Notes: generated by a model not told the origin, from the sequence alone. Shown: positions 13,159 to 27,439, counted from the stretch's first letter. The stretch is DNA of 64,000 nucleotides from Phoronis australis (GCA_002633005.1 NMRA01000185.1:527921-591920); one strand, 5' to 3'. Translations and numbers: made by a program.

Positions 13159-14535
13159 CCATATTCACTGTAATAACCGCCCATGCCCCAATAAACGCCC
13201 TCCCATGCGTTTTCAGACTTCGCTGAAATAAGCGCCCAGTCCATGAACGTGTACAAGCGATCAATGACGTACCTACAGTCCTAAAACTCGGCTGCAGTAA
13301 CGTCTTCAATTTATCAAAAAATTTTTTGCACGGGTCTTCTAGACCACCAGCGGCACTGCTACCTTTGTATTTAGTCGTGACTTTACACTTCAAAGTAACG
13401 TAGCGCTTCAAAAAGAACGCAACACCGTTGCTACGCTCTCGTGACGACCGTGTCCCACTATGGTCTGACCTTTCAGTAGACACATCGACTGTCTCATGAA
13501 TAAAAATAACTCGGTGTTAAACGCACGTGGCCAGGAAGCGCGCGCTACATATGTGAACCTGTCATCAAAGACATTAGTCGGGAACTATCCATTCATGAAT
13601 CGGGTAGCATAGCATTGATAAGAAATGAATATTGGCACTAATTTCTGACAATTTCTAATACTATAAAACATGTTTGCATTATTTTTGAGATGGATTGTTT
13701 GATTAACCATAATTAATGTTTTTAAGCTGAATATCCGATAAAATGACAACTGACAGTGAATGCTTACACACCCTTACACCGAAAAATAACTGTCAGATAG
13801 TTACGTACGCATCCAGCTACACCGCGACTAATATGGGCCTTACCGAGACAAATGTTGTAAGTTTTTAGCACGAGACCGGCTTGTGCAAATTTCTTTAGAC
13901 ACATCTAGCTAGTTAGATTGCGTGGCTCTGGCTAAGGCTAAAAGACAGTCTCTGCTATGGCAAATGAACTCTGGTGACACGCACGCGCTCGCTTACTCGC
14001 AGACGAACTTCAAAACAAACGTCACGTGACAACATGTGTGTTTGTCCAGACATTTTTCTCGCCATGTTGCCGATCATACATGTAGATGGCACGTTCTTGC
14101 AGATTTGTACTTAAACCTGCCGTTAATCCAAACTCCACGGGAACTTAAAAAATCTTAGAGACGCTACTTATAAAACTTAATGAGGATTTGAGGTAATTTG
14201 GTTGAGTCGAAACCATTTTTATTCAAGCATTAAAGTCGCCATATCGAAGACGGCGATTTCGAGGCAGTCAGTCGGCGAGTTTTCGCCCTGGGATTTCAGC
14301 AAAATTTTGTGTAAAATGATCGTAATTTAGCAGCAAAGTTTGATACCAATGCACCACAGCTTTGTTGAAAGTCTTTCATAGATTACATATATGTCACAGA
14401 GCGTGAATTTGATGAATCTTAGCTTTTGATTTCACCAGTTTCGGAGACCGGGTTTCAACCGCCTTGGGTTATAATAAGCGCCCCCCTGAACCGAACTTTT
14501 CTAAGCGCCCTGGGCGGTTATTACTGCGAATACGG
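13159..14535 (-). mobile_element. Complete 1.38-kb copy of the Tc2/pogo-like non-autonomous family
   Basis: TA|CCATATTCACTGTAATAACCGCCC ... GGGCGGTTATTACTGCGAATACGG|TA. Reverse-complement homologue of 10187-11641 plus the left end seen at 7954-8007. Confidence 0.9.
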
Positions 14536-17133
14536 TAATCGTCTTACTTTTTTAATTTCACGTAACAGTAACACCTTGATAAGCTCGCACTTAGCATATA
14601 CTACACTGGTGTCAGTTTGTAATAAAATGTTCTATAATGATGCGAACCACACATGATAGACTACCACTTTAAAATTTCACAGCATTCTTTGGGGGTATCA
14701 CCTAAAATACTCTGATGAACAGTGGTGTGCACATGAGTCCAGTCCCTCATCAAGTTGGGCTGTTCACTCTGGTTACACAATTGAGGTTAGGAGGTATCAG
14801 CAAAGATACTGCAGTTGCATGTCCCACTTTCCTTCTGTTGTAGTCGAGTCTATATTTAGGCAAAGATCTACAAAACTATAGAATTGAGCTCAGTAGAAGT
14901 AAACATACAAATATTTTCTGAAAGTGGAAATTCCCTAGAATTTGATTTTTGACTTAACACCAATCTGCCATTAACTAAAGTCACCTGACCTTAACTTTTA
15001 ACGCAAAAACAAAAGGACATTCATAATCAAACAAGAGGATCAGTAACATGTCCAAATATATCATATAAATGTTCAAAATAAAATGTCAAAAAATGTGTCA
15101 CAGTTTTCCAAGACAGAGCTTCCCTTTCATTTCATGCAACCTTAAAAATTTTTGATGAAAACCATAAAAGTGCTATTTTTGAAAGCTTCTCAAGCAAAAG
15201 TGGACCATTTTAAACACAATTCCTAAAAGCGTTTTGGAGAACATTATATTAAAGGTATAGTATCTGAAAATTTCAGGTGAAACCGACCAGCCATTTCTAA
15301 GGTACAATGTTCCAAAGCTGGCCCAAATTGGAAATTTTCTGATGCAAAAGATCAATTTCCAATAACAGATTTAGTTTTTATAGTATACAGTGTCTAAACA
15401 GGGAGATAATTTTTGACAATACAGTGAGTGTTTGAAAAACCAAACAACTGATGATTTCAATCATTACTTTAGTTTGATTTAAGGAAATTTTACATCTGTT
15501 GGTCTCCTCATTTTCAGACGCCTTTCCACACAGTCAAGAGAAAGGGGAGTGGTGATATGCATCCAATATGTGCATTACATACTGCGCAGATAGAAGGGGT
15601 GGTCAATATTTTAATTATTCCCACCGGAGGAAGCAATACTGACAAACTTGAAACACTCTCTGGGAGGGGGGGGGGGTTAAAGCATAGTCAGCAATGTTCT
15701 CCATGGGAACACATCTGACACCATGTAAGACCTTATCGACAAGTTTAGGTAATCAGCCGAATATCTACATAACCATAGACTTCATCTCAGTATTTTCTGA
15801 AAGCAGATAATTGAATTTTTCACCAATCTGGCATTAAGTGAGTCACGTGATTGTGTCTTTTAAGTAAAGTTTAGCAAAAATGGAAGAAGAACCAACAACA
15901 AAAACAACCGTATGAAGAAGATGACCACTGAAATACCACTGGCTATCCTATTATAGTCACAGGCCCACAACAATATTGTGACTATGTTAATGAAAACATG
16001 CCAGTAAACTTCACCTACTTAAAGATTATTTGAGACCAAAATTCTCCGTATATGAAACGAAAGATGTATGCTTATTAAGTGCGTGATTATCAAGTTGATG
16101 AAGATGTTTTTCTGAGAAACACTATTTTGTGCCTTCATTTAATGCTTTTGGCATTGGTGAGCAGCTGTTTGCAATGATACTAATCTTTTTTTATTAATCT
16201 TAGATATAATGAATTTTGCTGAATGCATCAAAAGAATAATTGCAGTAGTTCAAATACATGTACTTACATGTAACTAGAGTTCATGAATTGAAACTGCATG
16301 TGCATAAGTCAGACAAAATATTTAGAACTCATGGTGAATGTCATAACGATTCATGAGAAAGGGTCATTTTGTGCTCTAAATACCAAAATTAAAATTCCTT
16401 TTTGAGAGAATTTCCAACTGTATCGTAATTCTTCATTTGTTTATTACACAACAAGGCAACATGGTCGACAAGTGAAATTTTGTCAAAATTTTTCCCAGAT
16501 GAATGAACATTAAGAAAATTTAAGTCCTTTATTAGAAAGGTTTGTACTCAGTGCAGATCTAACTAAACCAACTACTGGTAATTTTTTTCATCATTTCCAG
16601 AAAAGAACCAGCTTTAGGAAAATGGAAAAATTACAATTTTGGAAGGTCTTTTGTGCGAAATAAGTGAATTACTGTAAAAATCTAAGACCTGTTTTCCATC
16701 GGAAATAGATTATGAAAATAAGAGTGCTAAAAAATAAAAGTTTTTACATTGACAAAGCATAAAATCGAAAGGCCTAAAAATAGCCAATGAAGATTTGTCA
16801 CAGAATTGGAGTCTATCACTTGTACGTTTTGCATATAAAAAGTTGGGTATGAATTGGCAATGGCAGTTTTGAAAAATAGCATTATCAGATCATACAGTAA
16901 CTGCACTGCACACTAATGGTTGGAGGCATAACCCTTGAAAAGAATTAACAATTTGTTTTTTACCGAGACCATCAGTCAGTTGCCACAAATCAGAAGCAAA
17001 ATTACCCAACATTGCCTTCATGTTGTTTCTCTCATTTCACAATACAATACATAGGGATGAGATGAAGAAAATCCAGTTTATTAATTTTGACAATAAAAAT
17101 AACAAAACTATGAACTAATGTGAAAACACTTAA

Positions 17134-17610
17134 GGTTATGTAGCTTTTAAAAAAATTTAAACTTTGGTTGAATTCGGAACATGATACCTCATAAATGGCC
17201 CATTGAATTCCTATCAAACTTTCAGGTATTCTGGTTTATGCATTGTTCTCCCAAAATGTAAGGAATTATTTTTGAAGACTTCCACTTTTGCATCAGGGAC
17301 TACCTAATAGTAGTACTATCATGGTCTTTGAGAAAAAAAATAAAGTTGCACAAAAGGAAAATGAAAACACATCTTAGAAAACTGTAACAGGATTCTTGAG
17401 CTTTCATCTTGAACACTGATATCAAAAACACTTAGACATATTATTGATACTGCTGTTTAGCTATCCAAGTGCCTACTGTTTTTGCTAAATTTCGGGAAAA
17501 GAACTTGGTGGTGTCTCCCAATGAATAAGTTTGATAAAAAGTAAAAACTAAAATTGTAGAGGTTTTCTACTTTCAGACGATTGATATACTTCTACAGTTT
17601 TGTAGACACA
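17134..17610 (+). mobile_element. Old TTAA-flanked (Kolobok-like) MITE family, partial copy
   Basis: Begins TTAA|GGTTATGTAG. The core GAAAACTGTAACAGGATTCTTGAGCTTTCATCTTGAACA is shared with copies at ~19666, ~20840, ~44668 and ~45576. Reverse fragments lie near 14860-15490 and 15740-15880. Confidence 0.5.
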
Positions 17611-18663
17611 ATAAGAACTAGTATCAGCTGCATGTGACTAGAGATAACATAACACCTAGACTTGTGATGTCAACAGACTATAATCACTTGCACACAGGAC
17701 AGGTGACCTGAAACGGTTTAAACATGTGCTAAGGAAATATTGTAGGAGGTGTTTAATGAGAACAAGCAGTACAACTAAGCCTTTTCACATCAGAAATGTC
17801 ATTGTATAATTCTACGAAAAATTGAACTGATAATGAGACCCACTTCTAGGAACTGTTCTAGCCAATTATATTCAATGGCTCTTTATTTATTGGTAATATC
17901 AGCAACAATTTAAGGACTGTTTAACCAGAAATGCAACTATTCTCTGTCACTAATGCAGTGATGTGTTAAATAGGGCACAATCAAGTGTAAAAACTAACAG
18001 TAATATGCACTAAGAAAGACTTAATGTCTGAGCAATCAGCAGAATTACACTATAATGTTGTAATGTCAAAGCCACATGACTGAAACCTGATTAAGGGTTA
18101 AAGATCCGGTTTGTGTATTGCATTATAGTTGCCTCTACTTTCAATCAAGGAGATTAAATTTGTGCAGCTATTTTAAAAGTATTCTGAATGATAATCAAAA
18201 CTTCACAGCTTGTGGAACATTAAAAAATGAGTGAACTTTTGGAAAAGGGTTCTAACTGTACCATCTTTTCATTTTTGAGAGTTCAAATTGCCATAAAATA
18301 TATTCAATACAGTTGCATAATACATGCTCAACACAGATACTACAAAAGTTTGTCATTGTTTCTATTTATTCCTCGGCACTTTAAAACACAAGAGGCAACA
18401 ATTTTCTTAATGAAAGTGAAATTTGATGAACAAAAACTATCTCTTGATGACTACTCCGTGAGGCAAAATGAATAAGCCTTGAAGCTACAAATAGTATGGG
18501 GCCTTAACAAATAAGATTTTGACTTGAAGTGTGGAGTGGTGATATTCAGAGTTGTGATGTAAAGAAAATGTTTTCACTCAAGGAGCAATTGTTTGTTCAC
18601 ATGCATTCACTGTTTACATCAGGATACAGTGAAAAAGGGGAAGTCCCACTGAGCGTGACCTAC

Positions 18664-18706
18664 TTATATCACAGGCAGCTGGGAGCGACTAAACCGAATA
18701 CCTGAC
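18664..18706 (-). other. Candidate small exon
   Basis: ctttatttgtttag|GTCAGGTATT...GTGATATAA|gtaggt. All three frames contain a stop; the longest reads SGIRFSRSQLPVI*. Confidence 0.2.
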
Positions 18707-19458
18707 CTAAACAAATAAAGGTGCCAATCTTCCAAGAAACACGATCAATTTGCGTAAATGGTCGATAACAGAGCAAAACTTGAAAACCCTGGCAATGATT
18801 AGAACAGGAAGAGACAACAATGAAGAGAGGAGTCCCACAATGCATTTCATAGAATTGAATCCTGTATCTGCTTGTTTGTAAATTGAATAGTTTTGTTATC
18901 TGAAAATGGCTTAGGGATTCCTGATAAGTGACTACTTTAAAATTCTTAATGAACTGAAGGGCAATTGTGTATCTCAATAAATTAGCTACCGGTGTTTTAT
19001 GATTTCTAAACAAGATTTCACAAACTTATGTTTGATTTTTATAACCATCAATTTAAATAGAACACATGGGGAGGGCTATAATACATCTGTTTACAGTTCT
19101 TTATTTTGATTTCCAAGACTTGTGAATACTGCAGTTTTACTGTGAGTTCAAGTCCCTTAGAATTTTCCCCTCCGTCTTGTTATTGTACTTCACTTTCAAG
19201 ATAAATATTAGAAAAAATAATGCAAAAAGTGTTCAAATGTAAAGGTAACAAGGGCCAAGGTGTGTAGTGTTTACGTGACCAATTATCATCAATGGGTCAG
19301 CTGATGATAAGATAGATTACATTTTATCTTATCACTGACCATTTCCAGATACAACTGCATTTGACTGTGCACATGGCCAGTGATACCTATCCCAAACTGT
19401 AAACAGAATAACTATCATGATAAAGGTATACTACACACCTAGTAGGAACTGGTATTAA

Positions 19459-19944
19459 AGTTATTGTAGCACCTTAATAACATGTCAGGGTATTTAGTAA
19501 AAAATCTACAAAACTATAGATTTTAACTCCGTAAAAGTATGCATTTTCTGGAATTAAAAAGTCTACATAATTTGATTTTTGACTTCATACGAAGTTGACT
19601 TTTTAGTAACACATAGCCAAGAAGGAATGTGCATAAAATCAAAATGAAAACGAGGTGATAATTTAGAAAATTGTAACAGCTTCTGTGAGATTTTATCTTG
19701 GACATAAGTTGAAAGGCTTAGTCACACTACTGAAACAATGGTTTGACTATGAATGTATCTTACATTTTTGCTAATGTTTACTAAAAACACGAGGTCAAGT
19801 GGCCCAAGTTGTTGTAGTTTAGTATAAAGCCACAAATCAGATTCTTGAGTTTCTACTTTCATAAAATATATTCTTTTACTGAATTCAGTAGTTTTGTAGA
19901 CATTTGGCTAAATGTGTACACTTGTTGACAAGTCGTAGATAACC
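19459..19944 (+). mobile_element. Old TTAA-flanked (Kolobok-like) MITE
   Basis: TTAA|AGTTATTGTAG ... GTAGATAACC|TTAA, with internal inverted blocks ATCTACAAAACTA / TAGTTTTGTAGAC and the family core at ~19666. Confidence 0.6.
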
Positions 19945-20703
19945 TTAAGGAGCAACTATTACACCTGACATAAAAGCCACTACGCAAAAAATACCATGTC
20001 ATGACACAAAATTTATGTCTCTGGAATTGCATTTAGAATTTTTACCAGTATTTCCATGCGCTGATTAGTGAATTCTGGTCGAATGCGACAATGTAATGAT
20101 CAAATTAACAACAGGTTCTTTATTTATCAGCACTCAGACCCAACCTACCCGTGACTTGGCAAATGTGCAAAACTGCTTTAGAACAATAAAGCTCACACCC
20201 AAACGCTATCAAGATTAAAGCCAATATCTAGCAACTGAGGGATTTATTATCAAGTCCTTTATTCTATGTAAAATTCAGGACAACAGTAATACATTCATCC
20301 TACTAGCCATTCAATGTAACAAGGCATAATGGAGGTACTTTGCTAACACCAATAATTTCCCAGAATAAACACAGTACTGGCACTACTGCAAAAATCCAGG
20401 TGCATACATGCAAACACATTTCTAGGAGGAGCAACCTTATTTTTTACATTCAATCCAAACTGCTTGATCAGTACCATGAATTCTGCAAGATGTAAGACCT
20501 TTCTTTCATTTTGCTGTGCCCATTTCCTGGAAATCCAGGTCTACTTATCATGTTCAAGCATTCTAGTGATCAAAGCAACAATGAAATCATGCCTTGGACC
20601 TTAAACTTTTTATTGTGCCTGCTGGTTTCAAGGAATATATCACAGGCAGCAAATAATGGATCAATCTTATAAATTTGCACTTACTTTCTACAGCCACCCT
20701 TAA

Positions 20704-20990
20704 AATTATGTGGGATCCTAAATTTGGAATGTCACACCTCAGAAATGGTAGATCGAATTCACTGATTCACCATTGCATCAGAGCCTACCAAAAGTAGTAC
20801 TTTTATGAGAAAATGAGAACAAAATAACAACTCAGAAAGAAAATTGTTAAGAGGGTTTTCTGAGATTTCATCTTGAACATTAATATCAAATGAAATTTGG
20901 TAAAGTTATTGGCTCCATCAGTTTGCTGAGATTGCACTTTGACAAAAACTTTCGAAAAATGTGGTCAAGTGGTCAAGGTGTTACCTAACT
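20704..20990 (+). mobile_element. Old TTAA-flanked MITE, short copy of the same family
   Basis: TTAA|AATTATGTGGGATCC ... GGTGTTACCTAACT|TTAA, with the family core at ~20840. Confidence 0.5.
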
Positions 20991-21424
20991 TTAAAAAAAA
21001 ATAAAAAGAAACTTCTTCACGTGGACTTAAACATTTCCTCACAGTGACACCATCGTTGACAACTTTCAGTTGGGAATGGGTCATCATTTAGGGTTCAAAC
21101 TTTAGGATGGCCAGCACTAGAATGCTTTTCAAAGCCATGGCAATGGAAATAATGTCCTACCATGGTAAGAAAATTTTCAGGGCAGATTTAAGTGATATGG
21201 TTGTGGTTAAGATTTTGTTTCTGAACAGCTGAACAGGGCACGCAATTTCAATATATGAAACATTAACACCTAAGATGAGTTAGGAGTAGAAAGGATGGGG
21301 AAACAGATGTAAAACAAACTAAGCGCAATAAACAGGCCACCAAGATAGAGTAAGGCAGAGAAGCCAATGCAACAACAGAAAAACAACATGCTTGAACAGT
21401 CAAGCCCATGTGACATTGCAGGAC

Positions 21425-22967
21425 TTTATTACATCACCCAAACCAGTAAAGTGCACCCAGGTACAGAGTTCACCTAAGTGACTGCAGAAGGTTTGGAGTT
21501 GTCTCCCCATGTGAAGAAGAGGAGCAGGATCTTATCTCCCCATTAAAACAACAGCAGGGACCAATGGAACACTGAACACCTTAGTTAATGTCACCTATCA
21601 ACATAAAGTCTACTGTCTACAAAGCACAAGGGCAATAAAATGCATTGTGCACATATTTTATATCAAACACTTTAAAACACAATAATCCGTTTGTTGACCT
21701 TAATTTTAATGGCAATAAAATGAGGGCACAGGGGAGGATGACATCGCATAGTACATTATTAAATAAGCACTAGGCAGAAAGATCAAACGACATATAAAAT
21801 GCACGTGCACAAATTATATGCCAAAATCAACGTTGTTAACAAACATCAATTCCATCAGCATATACTTCCAACTCACTCACATGTTCCACAGCATTTAGTA
21901 AAAGGCAATAAAGTACAAAAACATTCATATCTAAAACATTGGTATTTGCCATCTGCTATTTGTTTATAAGCAAAGAGTAGACATTTTTGTGGCCACCAAC
22001 AGCAAATGACAAGAACTGGAAAAACACTGCGACTGATGTCATCTCAGAACAATAACCTTAAGAGATTTAGGAACATGTGTATAATGAAGTCATAAGGATC
22101 ATTGAGACTCATAACAGCAAAAACACTGAGTTATTGCCAAATCGGAAAGGAAAGAAATGGTCTTTAGTCCCCAAGTTCAGTGTAACAGTGGCAGTGACAA
22201 CTTATCATGATGTTGTTTGACATTGATCTGTTCCGTCACGTGCCAAACAGCCTTAAAAATTCTGATTGTTGACTTTACAATAGAACTTAGCTGTCAAAAA
22301 CTTGCTTGAGTATGATTTTAATAAATCATCATTCAACTGCATTGGCGTGATGGCCCCTAATCTTACTCATAGGTTACACCTGTAACTTCAAGTTTATTTC
22401 AGTCTCCAATAGATAACAAAACAGCACGGCAAATAGAAAAAGAGTGCTGGTCTATCATGAAATGCATATAATTTTACAAAGCACATATCAATGTTCTACA
22501 CCAGCAAATGGCTAACAGTCACCACAGAAACAGTCAGAGTCCAAGTAAAACACTTGCAATAACCAAACAGTATGACTACAAGTTTGTGTACAAAACAACA
22601 GCACCATTCAGAAGAAAGGGTTTCATAACCAAGATTCTTTCAAGCATTCCACAACCAAGTGCTTTCATAATTTAATAACTACCTTTGGCACAGAGCCATC
22701 ACAACCAATCAAAACAGGCCAGGGAGGGCTCTTTACACCACAGGAGGAACTACAGAAATTTTAACAAACAAAAACAAAGCAAAGTCCAGTTGGGTAGCTG
22801 GTTATTGACATCTTGGGGCAGAGATAACCCAGTGCTGGGAGAAGGAGGAGGTCTACATTGTCTCAACCTTCCAAGCACCCTGACCCGATCATGACTCAGG
22901 TGGACTTTGATTTCTGTCGATGAGATGGCACTTTCCAATCTTGAGCCTCATGAGAAACCGTTATCTC
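21425..22967 (-). other. Candidate terminal exon with 3' UTR
   Basis: Acceptor ttttcattgactttatag|GAGATAAC at 22968. Phase-0 reading gives EITVSHEAQDWKVPSHRQKSKST*, followed by T/G-rich UTR-like sequence and a minus-strand AATAAA at 21425-21430. Confidence 0.3.
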
Positions 22968-23382
22968 CTATAAAGTCAATGAAAATGTCCATCAATAGCA
23001 TTGCATTTAACATTTAGGCAGCACAATTCAACAGTAATAATAACAAATACTATATTAACTACTGCAAGTGCCATGAAAGTTGAGGCATTCTACAAAATTC
23101 CAAAATGAAAATATATTTGCAAGTAATACGTTGTTTTAATTCAAGTGCAACTAACTTGAGTCTAAAATAAAAAAAATTATTTATCTCATAAAAAGTTAAT
23201 GAAATTGTCATCCAAAAAGAAAAAAGAACAAGCTCATGTTCAACTAGTTACTTGTCAGATATTGTAATGCAATGTGGGCAAGAATGTAAGACAAATTTTC
23301 TTGTTGCAGAAAGTCCTAAACAAATGAATCACATTAAAAATATTCCAGCTTCTGAAGACTGAAAAATCAAAGGGTGATGGGT

Positions 23383-23854
23383 CCCCTGGGGGGCACAGCT
23401 ATAGATGAGGTATACGGGACGTGGTACGCAGAAGGGCAACTTTTTAACAACCAGTTTTTCTACAAAAGGGAGCATCTCTGACATAATTACCTACAAAAGG
23501 GTTCAATTTGGGAGTTTGAAACACTATAGAAGGCTCCCTTTTGCAACTTCAAAAATTTAAAGAAGAGTTTTCAATGTTATTTATATCTTTTGAAACTTGC
23601 TCCATGTTATCTTTACTTGCACCATTTCACGCTATTGAGTTAAAAATTCATCTGTCTGAGAAACCTTACAAAAGTTTTAGGTTTACAGAATTAACACCTA
23701 TAAAAGGCTAGAACAAATCCAACGAAAGATTGATTTTCCCATTGAAGCTCCCCCAAAATGGGTTCCTTTTTCAAGCCCATACTCTAACTAGCTTAGCTGG
23801 GTATCGTACTTTTCTAGCTGCACCCCAACAAAAATATAATCAAGTACCCCCTGG
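23383..23854. mobile_element. Degenerate CCC...GGG-type MITE
   Basis: Starts CCCCTGGGGGGCAC and ends GTACCCCCTGG. Internal repeats of CCTA(C/T)AAAAGG. TSD not resolved. Confidence 0.4.
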
Positions 23855-25429
23855 AACAGACTATCACCATCAGGTGACTGGCATCAAAGTGCCAAGTCAC
23901 ACTTTTGCACTTTCATCTTTTACTTAACCATTGATAACAATGATGATTACAAACCAGGACCACTTCCGTACCCTGTGGTACCTTCGACAGGTAAATTGGC
24001 ACTCGTCACTAGTCAGTACAATCAAGTCATCAGACGACCTATCACCATGCAACATTCCGGACTTTGCACCGTTTCGTCATGAGGCCCGAGCATGCAGACG
24101 GATGATGGCCCGGTAATAGCTGTTCCTTGACCAACGCAGACGCAATGCCAGGTATTGGTGAGTTATCGGATTATCGTGAGAAAGCTATGCCACGTTATCA
24201 GATACAAGCATAGCTGAGCATGATAAGATTGTGAGAGTCACGTAGTACTATATACTACACGTGGACTTCGTATTGTTTTGCTTCCCCAGCTTTATAAGTA
24301 GCATTTTTAAACAAAATTAAAGCCGAACAATTGCGTCTATATTTTTAAAACCTTTCTTTACGCGACATGAAAATAGCGTCAAAATTTAAATTGAACACGG
24401 ATCCCCGGTGAATGCACAGCGGCATTCAGACGAGTTAAAGAATTTACTAAAAGATTGGAACGAGCTATACAAGCTAACTGACTATATCAATATGCAGATA
24501 TTAGTATATCTTATCCATTTAAAACCATTTGGCAGTCAAGGTGAGGCTGCTTGTATGTCTCTGGATAGACAAAAATTGTTTCTACGGCATTTAACCAATG
24601 GCGCTAAAACAATCGTTTTACTTGAGCAACTGATGATGGCAACCCACAAGCTACATTGTAAACAAAGATGTGTTGGAGATGGATGATTAAATACATATAA
24701 GGTAAAATCTCATGAAGTGCGTACACAATGAAAATCCAAAATTGACATTTTGCATTTTTAGTAAAAGGGCTTCAAACATTTCTGTGCATGGCCACTTTTT
24801 CAAAACTTTTGTCTAACGATAGGGGTGGTACAATGAACACGGAAAAGCAAATAATTTTGGTGCTACACATGTTTCATACAAAAAAATAAAGTACGATTTC
24901 ACTCGTTGCCATATTTAGTCCTAAACTGGCAAGATTTTACGGTACGCCAACATCGTACCATTGCTTATTTGATGGAATAACAGAATGAACCACTTCATTA
25001 GCCGAGTTGACCACTGCACGGTGCTTTAAAACCCTGCCAAAATGAACATCTTCACGATTATTGTCTGGTTTTACACTACAGCTTTAGCCAGATAGCTTTC
25101 TTGCATGTTGAGGCAGTGCAACAATGGATCAACAATGGCTTAATCTAGTTGGCTGATAACCAACATACATCATGACAACAATGAACAAGAGGATATCCTT
25201 TGTATTCTCAAGAATACAAAGATAAGATTGGATAATTTAAAGCACTTTAACTATTTTTCAGGATTTCAGGGTAATTTATTGTTTGACACCAGTAGCATTA
25301 AACCTTCAGTCAGTGCACTACATTTATGTCTGTATCAAGGATTAAGGTTTATGACCCAGTTCATGTGATAATGCAATAATTACGTAAATATTACCTTTGA
25401 ACAAAAAGCAATTGTCACACTAACCTTAC

Positions 25430-25509
25430 CAGACAATCACAAGCGACAGGTCATAACCCTTGTGCAGCACGAGGACATTTTTTTCGCCTCTGGTTCACGT
25501 GCGTGTCCC
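25430..25509 (-). other. Candidate 80-nt exon, probably non-coding or stop-containing
   Basis: Strong splice signals: tttcatcattgtctttgcag|GGGACACG...GATTGTCTG|gtaagg. All three frames contain a stop. Confidence 0.4.
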
Positions 25510-27439
25510 CTGCAAAGACAATGATGAAACAAATCTGAAGACAAAAAATACAGCAAACCCAATGTTCAACTCGACATGAAAGAAAATAATGCCCACCAAA
25601 GTAAAATCTCACCAATTTCAGACAATAATAATAATAGTTGCTAAAATACCCTTTTTGAGTTTTCAACGGCTTCTAATGTTGTGAATGCCCACCATCTTTG
25701 TCTACTGTGCAAAACTTCAACATGGAAATCCCACAGTATATGGAAAATATGATGAAATAATTTTCACTGGTCGAACATATTGTGTCCTAAATTGGGCATA
25801 TTTTAGTGTAACTTTCATATCTCAAACATTTGAAAACAGATGCAAAATAGGCTACGGTAAACGCTCTTCAATTTGGCACATAAGGTTCACCTATATGTGG
25901 AAAAAGTCGATCCAGAACCATTGAAGCATTCACAAGAATGCAGAGATCATACTAGCAATTGATGACAAAAAACGATGAAATATTTATCCACCCAAATAAA
26001 GCAAAATTCCTACAACTACTGTCTACTTTTTCCGGGAAATTTATTAAAGATTCATATGACGAAAGTTTCAGACAAACTCCCACGGTATGAAAATACCAGT
26101 TTGAGCAGAAACAATCAACTACGCGTGAGCAGTAAAATACATAGAAGCTCAAACATGCAATACAAAAACCCCACATTGAATTACAGTGGAATTTACCAGG
26201 CCTTTTTAAGATGTAATACTGCAGTGGTGGTGGTGGGGGCGGTGGTGGTGGTGTTGCAGGTGAAAGTGTTTTGTTTCAGTCTACACACCAACAAATGCAA
26301 ATATCACCAACATTTATCAGAAAACTGAACTTCTTGCATCGAAATGTAGATCATCTTTAACAAGGAAACATTTTGTCAACTTTGTGAGATCTGCAGCCAC
26401 TCAAGCTTCTGTGTGCAAAAGCTCAGATAATCAATTGTACACAAATCATCTTGCAAGACTAAACAGAGCTTTTAAAAGAGACTTGGAAACCTATTTAGTC
26501 TGCTTCCCAATGTGAAGTTGCTTCCTGAGGAATCCAAAACTTTTGCCCATGCATCCAGCGACAAGGTCATCAGCCGAGAATCACGAGGCCAAGGCAAAAT
26601 ACTCAGGAGGCATTAGCTCAAAAGTCACACACGGAACAGTTGGATGACTCTCACGTGGAATGTCAAATATAATCTACTATAGATTACAATCACAAAATGG
26701 TAAAAAATGTCTAGCCGGGTGAATACCCTACCGACCTTGAGAGAACTAATTTTGCCAGTCATTAGGGAACTCTAGCAGCCAAAACAAGAAATCAAACACC
26801 TATCAGACAGTGCCCCTGAAACAGCTATATACATCTGCCCACATATATTGACTCTCTGGTTTGTTTAGACTGTCTCTTTCAAAATACATTCCAAAAATTG
26901 CAGGATGACCACAATCTCAAACCATGGATATTTATGGTAGCAGGCAGAAATCTGGTGGCATTACCAGAAGCCATCCCTGGCAGCACTGGAAAAACCATCA
27001 GAGGCATGCTGGATACTATAAATCTGAGTAACATGGTACCTTTTATCTGTTGTTTGCTGGGGTTTGGCAGCTATTGCTAAAAACAAACTAGGCGAAACCA
27101 AGCTGAACTGGAGGTAATGCAAACCACATCAATGCAGATAGAGCCAAAGAAAGCCTCGCCACACTGGATAGTCGCCACTGATCCACCAGACCATCTTAAC
27201 CACCCAAGCAAATTCCATTGATGCTGAAACCTCTGTAATCACAACAACTTGAAAAGCCAACCAAAAATGAATAATGGGTAGGTACACACAGTGCCAGTAG
27301 GTGGAAACTGGGTTACGTAAAATATAGGTTTATTGGAAGGGTGATTTGATTGCTGTATTATTTCAGCACACAGCACCCTCAACACAAGTGTAAAGTGCCA
27401 AAGCTAATACACACGTTTGACAGAGATGATGTAGAACAT

